Shown piece after piece: positions 1 through 16,536 of a stretch of 64,000 nt of DNA; the stretch's first letter is position 1; every line of letters begins with the position of its first letter. Location of the stretch: the NCBI RefSeq assembly GCF_009914755.1, contig NC_060937.1; one strand, given 5' to 3'. The notes under the pieces were generated by a model. That model saw nothing but the letters and a program-made list of their open reading frames with translations, made no database searches and had not been told where the DNA came from. This DNA is from the human T2T-CHM13v2.0 reference genome, Homo sapiens. Both the position numbers and the translations under genes were made by a program.

Positions 1-902
1 GTCCTCTCTGAAGATGTCCCTGAACCTTTATTGAAACTCATTGACATATCCTTTGGTTCCCACAGCCTTTATTGTATATGTCATAATTTAGCACATACAT
101 TACTCTGCCATACATTTTAGTAAGTTAATGACCTGTCTCTTTTCACTGATAAAACAGTGTCAGGATTTTTTCATTTTTGTATTCCCTACTGGTCCACAGA
201 GTGTTATGAACATATAATTTGCTAAGTTAATTTTAAATTGACTTAAACGTACTGGTGAATTCACCGATTAACTGTTCTTTTCCAGTATTACTCTTAGAAA
301 TGTCCTTCCCTTGATATATTTTATGTTCTAAAAAATTAATTTCATTTTAAGAATCACATCCTCCAAAACAAAAGAAACAAAAGCTCCCATACAATTCTAA
401 TGCTAGTTATAGGTAACATTAAAAAATGGCATACCAACTGTAAAAACCAAAAACAAAAAAACAAACAAACAAACAAAACAATTCCCATGAAAGCCAGAGG
501 CAAACAATGCAAATTTTAATGTCAATATTGTCATTTTTTCCTAGGTTAGGGGACAATATAACCACATTTATAAACTTATTCTTTTTGTCTCTCCTCATGT
601 TGACCTCACACATAGCATGTTATGCCATTAAAACAACAAAAAAAGGAGAAAATGCTATATTGAAATCCAGTATTTTCTTACAACAATTCCTTACTGTGAA
701 TTGTGAATGAAAATTAAATTCTTTAATCACTAGGAAAGACTCTGAGTGTGAAAGTGTTTCTTTCAGCTGATATAAACATTGATAAGATCAAAGCTTGCTC
801 TAAATTATCTGTCTTACCAGGTCTTGACTGAATCTCAGAACAAAATCCTGTAGTTTCTCTTTATTTCAGATAAACCTTTGATCTTTTAAAAATATAGGCA
901 CA

Positions 903-1211
<309 letters not shown>

Positions 1212-1555
1212 CTAAGGAAATGGCAAAAAGGCAAAAAGATATGCACAAAAAAAGTTAGCCACTACTTGCATTGAAAATGGGTTCAAGTTTAAGGTTTTGG
1301 CAAGTGTTTGAGAAAAATATGAATTAAGCTCATTTTCTGTGGAGACAAGTCTCTAGGCGTTTAGTTTTGGTTAAGTTAAATACTTAAATCTATTTAAAAT
1401 TTTAAAGACCTTAGTAACGTAAACAAATGGTGTTGAGTTTGGACTTCTCTACAATATCTATGTGGAATCTTAGGAAAGGAAGAGTGAAAGGATACAATAC
1501 ATTTTAAATGGTAGTTCAGCCTAAATCCTAAGCATAAGCATAATACACTGCTGCA

Positions 1556-2243
<688 letters not shown>

Positions 2244-2312
2244 AGTATGTTACTTTAAAAAAATAAGTTACTCATTTTAGTTTTCTTCTGTTGCTAACGA
2301 TCATTTCTATTT

Positions 2313-3325
2313 TGTAGGGAAAAGGAAGAGGGATCAGACTGTTACTGTGTCTATGTAGAAAGGGAAGACATAATAAATTCCATTTTGACCTGTACCTTGA
2401 ACAATTGCTTTGTCCTGAGATTCTGTTAATCTGTAACTTTGCCCCAATCACTGTGCCCCAACCTCTTTGCCCCAACCTTGAGCTCACAAAAATGTGTTGT
2501 ATGGAATCAAGGTTTAAGGGATCTAGGGCTGTGCCTTGTTAACAAAATGTTTACAAGTAGTATGCTTGGTAAAAGTCATCGCCATTCTCTAGTCTCGATA
2601 AACCAAGGGCACAATGCACTGCGGAAAATGGCAGGGACCTCTGCCCTGGAAAGCCGGGTATTGTCCAAGGTTTCTCCCCATGTGATAGTCTGAAATATGC
2701 CTCATGGGATGAGAAAGACCTGATCATCCCCCAGCCCAACACCCATAAACGGTCTGTGTTGAGGTGGATTAGTAAAAGAGGAAAGCCCTTGCAGTTGAGA
2801 TAGAGGAAGGCCACTGTCTCCTGCCTGCTCCTGGGAATGGACTGTCTCGGTATAAAACCCGATTTTACATTTGTTCAATTCTGAGATAGGAGAAAAACCA
2901 CCCTATGGTGGGAGGCAAGACATGTTGGCAGCAATGCTGCTTTATTGTTCTTTACTCCACTGAGATGTTTGGGCAGAGAGAAACATAAATCTGGCCTACG
3001 TGCACATTCAGGCATAGTACCTCCCCTTGAACTTAATTATGACACAGATTCTTCTGCTCACATGTTTTTTTGCTGACCTTCTCCCTATTATCACCCTGCT
3101 CTCCTACCACATTCCTCTTGCTGAGATAATGAAAATAATAATCAAGAAAAACTGAGGGAACTCAGAGGCCGGTGCTGGTGCAGGTGCTTGGTATGCTGAG
3201 CGCTGGTCCCCTGGACCCACTTTTCTTTCTCTATACTTTGACTCTGTGTCTTATTTCTTTTCTCAGTCTCTCATCCCACCTGACTAGAAGTACCCACAGG
3301 TGTGGAGGGGCTGGCCACCCCTTCA
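2313..3325 (+). mobile_element. HERV-K (HML-2) solo LTR, LTR5A/5B-like
   Basis: tgtagggaaaaggaagagggatcagactgttactgtgtc...gtggaggggctggccaccccttca; TATAAAA at ~2851; TSD TATTT. Confidence 0.9.
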
Positions 3326-3539
3326 TATTTTCACTTAATTTACTCTGAATCTATGCCACTTTTGCATTTGAGGCTAATGTTTGTATTGAAGGAAAGGATA
3401 GCAAGTCAATTTACAATTGGATTTTTTCAATGTATAGAGTTACATGTTTACTAAAAGGAGTAGCCCTTAATTCTTTTTAAAAAGCCCATAGCAAGCAAGA
3501 TGATTAACAATTTTTATATGAACAAATGTCTTACAATAT

Positions 3540-4322
3540 TTTAAACATCTAGAGAACACTGATACCGTCTTCACTTACTGACAATGGCATATTATCAATT
3601 CACTTTTCCAAAGAGAAAGAAGTTACTTCTTTTGACTTAGATCTGACTTCTTAAACTGTCAAATGAAGTAGCTGAGTATAACTCACCACCTACAACTTTG
3701 ATATTTAGCCTCCTCTCTTCATTTGCTTTGTATTATATGTACTGTAGCCCTTACTTTAATATTTCTATATCTTACACATCTTTCTCTCTTAAAAATGTGC
3801 TTTCATTTAGATGAGAAATACAATTTTAAGGGAGAAGTTGACTCATGCCTAGTTCTGTATTTTTTTTTAATTGCTGATCTGTCCTGAGGAAATTAATGTC
3901 GCCCTACTGGGTATGATGCTGTCCCTCTGGAGAGATTCCTGCAAGTTATGACCACTGCGGATTTTATAGGTGTCCACATTAAGCCTTTCACTGAGAGAAG
4001 AGATTAACTTGCAGTTGCCTCTCTGACAAATATATCTAAGAAATCAACATAATCTTTCAAAACCCTTCTGGCTAATACTAGTTTGTAGCCACTATTAATA
4101 TAGTGGTTCTAAGTTTGTTCCAGGGTCTCAAAGCCTTAAATCATTTCATGATTATACTCAGTTATAACTCAGTAGCTGAGTTATACTCAGCTACTTCATT
4201 TAACAGTTTAAGAAGTCAGATCTAAGTCAAAAGAAGTAACTTCTATCTCTTTGGAAAAGTGAATTGATAATATGCCATTGTCAATAAGTGAAGATGGTAT
4301 CAGTGTTCTCTAGATGTTTAAA
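3540..4322. repeat. Inverted repeat, 146-bp arms (3540-3685 / 4177-4322)
   Basis: Arms are reverse complements with 4 mismatches counted by eye. Confidence 0.93.
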
Positions 4323-4947
4323 TGTCTAGATGCAAATGTCAACATATAATGCTTACAAGGACATAACTGGGTGTCTCACACTATTATTTTAGTTTTAACC
4401 CACTTGATCCATCAAGTTATCTGTCATAGAGCAAATGAAAGGCTCCTTTAGAGAAGTCTCAGAATAAAAAATAGGCCTAGTTATGTTCATTGGGAGAGAA
4501 GTAATTAAAGCATGGGTTTACATTTTCTGTCTATAAGAAATTGTCATTGTAGCTGTTGTTTGTTTCAAAATCTATGTACAGTTCTGACCCACCAACTGAC
4601 AATGGCTGCCTGACTCTAACACTCTGGTGTGTTATTGTAAATTCCCTGAGTCTTCTTTATAGCAAGAGAAAAAATCAGGACATTCTGAAAGTAATACACT
4701 GTGGATATTTACATGGCCAGAGTATAATTTTCTCTGCTTAATAATAAAACTTAATAATGAGCTTAATAATAAAACTCACATACAAATACAAAATAAACCT
4801 GTGTCAAAATTTATTTCACTTATTCCTGAGGAAATCAGTAGGTGGGAAAGCTGGTTCCAGAACAAGTAAAAAAAAAAAAATTACAGATTTTCTTTCCCCA
4901 AAAACAAGAAATGTTAGAATAAGACAACTATGTTAGAAGCAAAACTG

Positions 4948-5239
4948 GGCTGGGAGCGCTGGCTCACACCTGTAATCCCAGCACTTTGGGAGGCCAAGGC
5001 GGGCAGATCAGGAGGTCAGAAAATCGAGACCATCCTGACTAACATGGTGAAATCCGGTCTCTACTATAAATACAAAACCAAAATTAGCCGGGCATGGTGG
5101 CCTGTAGTCCCAGCTACTCAGGTTGCTGAGGTAGGAGAATGGCGTGAACCAAGGAGGTGGAGCTTGCAGTGATCCCAGATTGCGCCACTGCACTCCAGCC
5201 TGGGCGACAGAGTGAAACTCCGCCCTGAAAAAAAAAAAA
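4948..5239 (+). mobile_element. Alu
   Basis: TSD agaagcaaaa(c/t)tg. Confidence 0.9.
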
Positions 5240-5259
5240 AGAAGCAAAATTGATTAATA

Positions 5260-6845
<1,586 letters not shown>

Positions 6846-7388
6846 GAAGAAAATTAAAAGACAAAAATATGTATTCCCAATTGCACTGTATTTTTTGTTA
6901 TTAAGCATAAAATTTAAACTTTATTAAACTTATTAGAAAAAGGGAATTGGAAATGTGATATAATGAAGTAATTCACAAAAATGTGTACAGTAAATGCACT
7001 CAAGAGCAGTTTTTCTGACGTTTGATGAACTCCTATCAGTTGTGAATTAAAACTGATTAATATCCTTCATGGAAACAGATCCATAAGGTCTGGCATTGTC
7101 TTTTTCTACTAGAGAGAAACCTAGAAATTATCACATAATCGCATAGCATCTAGGATCAAATCAACTAATACATGGCCAAGTCAAAAGAAAATGAAGTAAT
7201 CTTTGGGTTAACCTTTTAGAGGATAGCTTTTAATAATGTAATATTACACTAAAAATACATGTTTTATGTCAGAGTTTTAGATACTTTTCCTTAGCAGTCC
7301 GCTATCACAAATATGTCCTCTGTTAGTGCTAATCCATAACTAACTCAGTTCCTTATTTTCATGTCAATAATCTCCAAGTGTTATTCTT

Positions 7389-7685
7389 TTTTTTTTTTTT
7401 TTTTTTGAGACAGAGTCTGGCTCTGTCTCCCAGGCTGGAGTACAGTGGTATGATCTCGGCTCACTGCAGGCTCCGCCTCCGGGTTCACGCCATTCTCCTG
7501 CCTCAGCCTCCGGAGTAGCTGGGACTACAGGCGCCCGCCACCACGCCCAGCTAATTTTTTATACTTTTAGTAGAGACGGGGTTTCACCGTGTTAGCGAGG
7601 ATGGTCTCGATCTCCTCACCACGTGATCCGCCCACCTCAGCCTCCCAAAGTGCTGGGATTACAGGCGTGAGCCACTGGCTCGGCC
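7389..7685 (-). mobile_element. AluY
   Basis: Perfect TSD tccaagtgttattctt. Confidence 0.92.
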
Positions 7686-8028
7686 TCCAAGTGTTATTCT
7701 TAATCAAAAAAAGAAAAAGTTTATCTGACTATATTCGACCCTGATTATTTATGTAGCTTCAGAAAGAGGAGTTAAACACATAGGTGAAGTCTTCCCTCCA
7801 CCAGGTTCTAAAATGTAAGATTCATGGCCTTCTGAAAACACTCCCTTACCAATGTGAGGCTGGAACCATAGAACAGGTGGAGGATTTAGTAGGTATTGGC
7901 TCAACATTTAAAGTACAATCTTTTTCCTTAATAGGTATTTTCATACCTTATAAACACATGTATGACCTTGGATGTCCAATTAAATCCCAGGAAAAAAGGA
8001 CAGATTCTTGATGAAACTAGGCAAATAA

Positions 8029-8342
8029 TGAGACAGCAAGTAAAAAGGGCTCCCCAGCAGAACCTCCGACCAGCTTGCACACTGGCAGGAGTGCACACTG
8101 AGGTGGAGCCTCAGGAAGTTTGCAGCGGGGAGGAGCCTGGCCTCTTCTGTTCCAGGACGGAGGCTGGGATTCAATCTATGAGGCAGGAAGCTGGGTAGCA
8201 GGAGTCTCTGTTTCTCCTTTTTTCCCTTTTGCCCAATAAATTCCATTTTTCTTATCCTTCAAAGCGTCGGTGAGCCTAATATTTCATGGCTGTGTGACAA
8301 GAACGCAGCTTTTAGCTGAACTAAGGAGAAAGTCCTACAATA
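8029..8342 (+). mobile_element. MER61-like solo LTR (ERV1)
   Basis: tgagacagcaagtaaaaagggctcccc...tttagctgaactaaggagaaagtcctacaa; TSD ATAA. Confidence 0.8.
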
Positions 8343-8841
8343 ATAATATGTTGTCTTACAAGCATGGAGAGTCAGTACAAATATATTTTTCTGAATTCTC
8401 AGAGAAAAATAGAAATTAGACAGCGTTTGAAGGATGTATTTCACTTACAAGCTGTAGTATATAAAATTGAGGATCAGAGCTAGAAAAAGAAACTGTGTAA
8501 TTATACTCCTTCTACTGGATGTTGAGTCAGTTTTTTGCTTTGATAAAATTATCTACCAATGAGGCAAAAAATAAATCCTTAAAACAATGAGATTTAAAAG
8601 TAAGTTGTTATGCTCAGTACTTTATAGGAGAACATTCAAGTAAGTGTCAGAGGAAAACAAAAACCACCTAGAGAAGCAACTAAATGGCTGTTTAATTTAT
8701 ATAGTAAACAATAATATAAAAATGGAGAAGAATAAAATTCTGCATTAGGTTCAATACTATCTCATAAAGACTTGACCAATGTTTCACCTGGGGGCATATA
8801 CCTCTCCAATTTCCTATTACAGTCTCTAATCTGTGAGTTAA

Positions 8842-9171
<330 letters not shown>

Positions 9172-10921
9172 ACCATTCATCTTAATATGTAAGATTATGT
9201 AAAATGAACTGAGAAGGCTGAGTCTTTTAGAATTGACCTCATGCAACTCACACAGCTGTGTGGAACTAATGAAGAAATATGGGGCATACCAAGGAAGCCC
9301 AATTTACTTTAGCCTCATCCATTTTATAAGTCAAAAATTGTCACAGTTTTTCTAGAGGTCACCTAGGAAATCTAAAAAATTCTTATTTTTCCCTAAAAAT
9401 CAGAAAATATTTACATTTTGGAATTTAAGATATAATTTCAGATGGGCAAAAATTAAGTGTTATCAGAGGAGATTTGGTCACTGTGATAAAGATAGGAACA
9501 CAGGTACAGAGAAGAAAATGGTGGCAATAATCCCAATGACAATACAATATTCTAAAATAAGCATAGAAAAATATATCATAATTGTTAGAAAATGTATCCG
9601 TTTCATAATTAATTATGCTGTACAAATGTTTTTTTCTTATTTTTCTTTCTAGCTTCATCGAAGTATGATTGATAAATAAAAATTGTACATATTTAAGTTA
9701 TATAATATGATGTGATGTATGTATACATTGTGAAGTAATAGCCGCAGTCAATTAACATTTTCATCAACTTACAAAGTTACACTTTCTCTGTGTGTGTCTA
9801 TGTGTGCTTGTATGGAAATACATAAGACCTACCCTGTTAGCAAAATTCAAGTATACAATACATTCTTATCAGCTGTAGCTACTATGCTATATATGTTAGG
9901 TATCCAGAATTTATTCATCTTTTAACTAAAAGCATCTCCCCATTTTTCCTACCTTCTAATCCCTAGCATCTAATGAGTTTAAATTTTTTAGATTTCACAG
10001 ATAAACGAGATTATGCAGTATATTTGTCTTTCTGTGTCTGGCTTATTTTACTTAGCATTTTGTTCTCTCAGTCCATCAATGCTATCACAAATTTTAGGAT
10101 TTCTTTCTTTTGTAAGGATGAATAATATTCCATTGTATGTATATGCCACATTTTCTTTATCCACTAATCTGTAATAAAGGCTATTATTCAAAATACACAA
10201 GAAACCCTTCAAATTTCACAAGAAAGCAAACAATTCAGTTAAAAATGGGGAAACAGTATAAATGGATAAGTCACCAAAGGAAATATAAAAATGGCAAGTA
10301 AGTATTTGAAAATATATTCAACAACATATGACTTTAGGGGGATAAAGCAATTCTATATATTGAAATTTCCTTTAACAAAGAAAGCAAATAGAAAACTTTC
10401 TCAGAAAAACAAAACTTTAGTGATACATCATCAGCTGACCTGTCTTGCAAGAAATACTAAAGGAAGTTCTTCAAGTGGAGAGAAAATGATGCAAGTGAGA
10501 AATTCAGATACACAATAAAGAAGTAATAAATGAATAAATTAAAGTTAAAAACTTTTTTTATTCTTAGTGATCCATAAGATAACGGTTTAGTCACAAGAAA
10601 TGGGTAATTATAGAAAGTGGACAGATGAAATTAACAATAGCAATGTCATAAGGTACAGGAGGTACAATCTGGTAGTATTTTTATGGGATACCTACACTAC
10701 GTGTGAAGTAACAATTTTATTTGAAGATAGACATAAAATGTATATAATCAATTCTAATTAATTTAAAGATAGACTTAAAATGCATATAATCAATCCTAAG
10801 AAAACCACCGCAAATTTTTAAAAGAAGTGATGAGATCACATCTCATGAGGTGATGAGATACACCAAGAGCTGAGACAAAAATGCAATCATAGAAGATGCT
10901 CAATTAAAATAAGAGAAGGCA

Positions 10922-11225
10922 GGCCAGGCACAGTGGCTCCTGCCAGTAATTCCAGCACTTTTGGATGCCAAGGTGGTTGGACCACCTGAGGCTAGCCCGA
11001 CCAACATGATGAAACACTGTCTCTATTAAAAATACAAAAGTTAGCCTGGTGTTGTGGCACACATCTGTAATCCCAGCTACTCTGGGCTGAGGTGGGAGGA
11101 TCACTTTAACCTGAGATGTGGAGGTTGCAGTGTGCCAAGACTACCACTGCACTCCAGCCTGGGTGACAGAGTGAGGCTCTATCTCAAAATAAAATAAAAT
11201 AAAATAAAATAAAATAAAAATAAAT
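10922..11225 (+). mobile_element. Alu with (TAAAA)n tail
   Basis: Alu consensus match with an internal deletion. Confidence 0.88.
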
Positions 11226-12753
11226 GAATATAATTAATGATTATATTCTACTTCAACAAAAGTAGAATACACATTCTTCTCTAGTTTGTACAAGACACAC
11301 TGGATTATGGGCCATAAATGTCTTAAAATTTTTCAAAGAATAAAGTTCATACAAAGTACACACTCAGACCACAATAAAAATTAAAGTAGAAATAAATAGC
11401 AGGAAGAATTGAAAAATTTTTCAAATATTTGAAGACTTAACAAAACATCTAAATGCATCCCAAAAGAAGACTAAACAGTAATTAAAATATTTGGAATTAA
11501 ATGAAAATGAAATCACAACTTATTAAAATATATGAGATACAGTAGAACTAGTACCTAAATTTATAGCATTAAATGCGTATTATTATGAAAAAAGAGATAA
11601 AATCAATAACCTAAGCTTCTGCCTTAAGAAACTAGAAAAAGAAAATCCAAAGTAAATAACAAGGGAAAAAATATATAAAGTTTAGCAGATATCAGTAAAA
11701 TAGAAAACAGGAAAACAATAGAGAAAATCAATGAAACAGAAAGCTGTTTCTTTGAAACGATCTATAAGCTTGCTAACATTTAGACAAACTAATAAAGAAA
11801 AAAAGAGAGAATGCATAACTAACAAATATTGGAAGTGAAACAGGGGTATGCGTTATGACTACTGATTTTGTGGACATTAAAAGGATGATATATTTACTAT
11901 ATTAAAAACTCTATACTCACAAGTTCAATAACCTATATAAAATGGACAAATACCTTGAAAGACACAATATGCCAATACTCACAAAAGAAAAAATAGATAA
12001 CATGAGTACTCTTATATCTATAAAAGGAATTGAATACATAGTTAATAACCCGCCCACCCCTCCAATGGTTCCAGGCCCAAATGGCTTTAGTGGTGAATTC
12101 TATCAAGCATTTAATGGCAAAATTATACCAATTTTCCACAGACTTTTCAAGAAAATGGAATTAGAGAGAACACTTCCTAATTAATTCTATGAGGTAAATA
12201 TTACCCTCTTACCAAATCCAATAGACATAAAATTAAATAAAATCAATATATCAATATCTCTCATGAAAAAAGATTCAATAATCCTTCACAAAATACTAGA
12301 CAATTGAATCTAACTATGTATTTATTTTAGGTAAGACAGTATGCAAGACTGATTCAATATTAGAAAATTATCTGCAGAATTTCCTAAATCAACAGGTTAA
12401 GGAAGAAAAATCATGTGACTGTATCAATTGATGTAGAAAAAGCTTATGGCAAAATCTATCACCCATCTATAATTTGAGAAACTCTCAGAAAACTAGGAAT
12501 TGAGGTGAATTTTCATAACTTGACAAAGAACATCTACAAAACCCCTAAAACTATCATACTTAATGATGAGAATTGGGATGCTTTTTCCCAAAAACCAGGA
12601 GCAAGAAGAATTTTGTTTTTTGTTTTTTTTCTTTCATCACTTGCAAAATGAAACCACCACTTTGGAAGACAGATGGGCAATTTCTTAGGCCCATAGTTGC
12701 TATAATATATGTAAAAAAAAAAAAAGTCTTACATATAATATAGCAATTGTGTG

Positions 12754-13086
12754 TTTTTTTTTTTGTTTTGAGATAGAGTCTTGCTCTGTCAGCCAGGCTG
12801 GAGTGCAGTGGTGCAATAGAAGGATACTGCAACTTCCACCTCCTGGGTTCAAACAATTCTCCTGCCTCACCTCCAGAGTAGCTGGGACTACAGGCACCTA
12901 CCACCATGCCCGGCTAATTTTTTTTTTTTTTTTTTTTTTGTATTTTACTAGAGACAGTATAACCTGTTGATTTGGGAAATTTTACCATGTGGCCCAGGCT
13001 GTTGTCCAACTCCTGAGCTCAGGCAATGTGACCACCTCGGCCTCCCAAAGTGCTAGGATTACAGGTGTGAGCCACCGTGCCTGGCT
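12754..13086 (-). mobile_element. Alu (S) with a short foreign insertion
   Basis: Alu consensus match; non-Alu bases at ~12958-12982. Confidence 0.88.
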
Positions 13087-13407
13087 GCAAATGTGTTTTT
13101 AGGTGTTTATCCACCTTATTTGAAAACTATGTCCACACCAAAACTGACGCATGAATATATATATAGCAGCTTTGTTTATAATTCCCGAAACTGGAAGAAA
13201 CCAAGAGGTCTCATAATTGATGAATGGAAAAAAAAAAAAAAAACTGTGATACGTCATATAAGGGAATATTACTTCCTAAAAAAGTAAATGATCTGGCAAA
13301 AGATTCAGTGAGGAGGTTTAATAGGTGAAGCACGTGGGCATTATTTGGACCAGTCAAAGTATTCTGCATGTTACCACAACTGTGGAATCACGATAGTATG
13401 CGTTTCC

Positions 13408-13707
<300 letters not shown>

Positions 13708-13923
13708 CTGCGTTTGTTAAAAAACAAAGAATCTCACAGCACAAAGAGTGTCACTTAATATATGCAAATTTTAAAACAACAACAACAACAAAGTAGGTGT
13801 TCTGGGGATCCTGGGATGGAATGCAGAATGTGATAGAAAATCTAAAGTACTACAAATGTATAAAGCCACTTCACTCTAGGGAGTGGGAAAAACGTGCTGA
13901 CATAAGCATCTTAGAAAATGGAT

Positions 13924-14240
<317 letters not shown>

Positions 14241-14936
14241 ACAAAGAAAATGCATGAAGACTGAAAGGAAGAGAAACTGCAAACAACTCATGTGATCTGG
14301 GTGGTGTAGCTGTTTCCTACAGGAAATGGGATAGCGATTCTGATATTGATAGAAAATAAATGTATATTGGAACTAGACAGTTAAGCAAATGGATGACAAA
14401 TGACAGGAGCCTGGTTTCTCACTATTAAAGTGGGAGGTTACAAGTAAGCAAGGGGAGAAGGCCAGAATGATCATGTGATAAAAGAATTGAGTCGTAGACA
14501 TCAGTATGAACTAACACTTATACACATTACATTTAGAAATATTTATAGTTATGTGTATACACAGCTTTGTATACACACATTTATTTCTTTGCTCTGTAAA
14601 CTAAGACGGTCTAGAACCAATGATATCACAGCAGAAATGAGCATATCTAACACTCAAGTCTTCAATTCTTGGGTTTTTGTTCATGATCCGGGATCCAGGA
14701 GTTGGGCCCTGGGGCTGGGCATTGTGTAGCCTCCGGGATGGTGCTGAGCATCCATTCCCACCCTCCTGCAGCTGGGGACCCATCCCTTGACTTGGGACCC
14801 CTGGAGGCAAGAACATGGTCACCCACTTTAATCACATGGTCCCTATCACATAATCAGAGGGCGCTGTGCGTTTTAACTCTTCAAGCTAGATGTGTAAACA
14901 ATTCGACATAGATAAGATATAGTGACTAGAAGTCTT

Positions 14937-15322
14937 TTATTTATTTTGAGAGAGAGTCTCTGTTGCCCAGGCTTGGAGTGCAGTGGCACAAACAATCAAA
15001 CAATAACCAAAATCCAGAAGAATGAAAAGGTCAAATGCTGTCAAGGATGGGGAGCAACAGGACCTCTCATTCCTTGTTTGTGGCACAATCAGTTTACTGT
15101 ACCCACGAACTCCCAGGCCCAAGTGATCATGCCACAATCAATCTCCCAAGTAGCTGGGGCCACAGGCATGCACCACCATGCCTGGCTGATTGGTTTTATT
15201 TTTATAGAGATAAAGTTTCCCTGTGTTGTCTAAGCTGGTCTCAAACTCCTGGGATCAAGTGATCCTTCTATCTCGGTCTCCCAAAGTGCTGTAAGTACAG
15301 GCATGAGGTCCTGCACCCAGCC
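14937..15322 (-). mobile_element. AluJ interrupted by ~90 bp of L1-like sequence
   Basis: Diverged Alu antisense; insert flanked by GTGGCACAA repeats. Confidence 0.8.
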
Positions 15323-15559
15323 TGGAAGTCTTTATAGATAAGTTCAATTTAACTGTTTCCCCATCTGATCCACTCAGCCGAGTTTCCCTCTCAGTCAAAG
15401 GGTGAGAACTGCAGCTCAGCCCCATCCAGGATGGCTGCAGATGACCCAGCGCCACTGCCATACTCCAGATGCTGGTCAACGAGGAAGGGATCCTGAGGCC
15501 TGGCAGCGGGCGCTCTCAGGAACCTTGAAGCCCTCTAAAAGGGACCCGCCATCCGTGCC

Positions 15560-16340
15560 TGTCAGAACTGGTGCCGCTACCTGCACTTGGCACACAGGCA
15601 AATATGGCCAAGCAACCCCAAACTCCCCTCTTCCCCTCTGGGCCCAGGCGGCGCTGAACCTGCTGCTCAGCCGCATCCTGGCGACTGCACAGTGCCCAGA
15701 GCCTGCAAACCAGCCCTCAGGGCGCGAGCCAAGGAAGAGCAGGGCCTAGAGTGGGAGGGCGTGTGCAACACGGCTACCCTCAGGCCGTCGGGCCCAGCCC
15801 TGCAGCCTCTACCGTGGGCTCAGCTGCAGCTGGCATTTGAAGGTGGCAGCAGCGGTGGCAACCCCAGCACCTGTCCGCGCCACCAGCAGGCGAACCCCAG
15901 GGTCGGACACCGCCACTGCGCCTAAGTCAGGCAGTGGGACCTCAGTTGCAGCATCGTGGGAACCTGCTGCAAAGCCTCGTCGCCGCAGCTGTACAGGGCC
16001 CAGTGGTCGCAAGCCTGCGCTGCCAGCGCGAGCCGAGGAAGAGCAGAGCCCCGGGTGGAAGGGCGATGTACTCGGCGATGCTCAGCGGTCTGGGCCCAGC
16101 CCTGTAGCCTCTACCATGGGCTCAGCTGCAGCTGCCACCTGAACATGGCACGTGGCAGAAGAGGCTGCAACCCTGACCCTGCCAGCGCCACCAGCCGCGC
16201 GGATACTTGGGCCAGAAGCCTCCAGGGCGCCTAAGTCAGGGGTTGGGTCCCTGGCTGCAGGAGGCCGGGAACCGACGCTCAGCGCCACCCTGGAGGCTGC
16301 ACGATGCCCAGCGCCAGGGCCCAGCTCCTGGATCTCAGGT
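15560..16340. repeat. Diverged ~305-bp GC-rich tandem repeat (~2.5-3 copies)
   Basis: GCGCGAGCC(A/G)AGGAAGAGCAG at ~15723/16027; GGGCCCAGCCCTG(C/T)AGCCTCTACC at ~15790/16092; GCGCCTAAGTCAGG at ~15918/16227. Confidence 0.85.
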
Positions 16341-16536
16341 TGAGGAGGGGCCAGGGGCGGCTCTGTCAAGCAGGCCATGTGGCAGGGAGCCCCCCACGTT
16401 CCGCTGCAAGGAGCCCTGCCAGCCCGATAGCGCCTCAGTAGCAGGTGCCACCTGCACGCCGTGCTGGGCGAAGCGCAGCCAGGGCGGTTTCCTGCCTCGC
16501 GTGTCTCCCAGGTCTGCTGAGTTGCGCATGCGCTGT

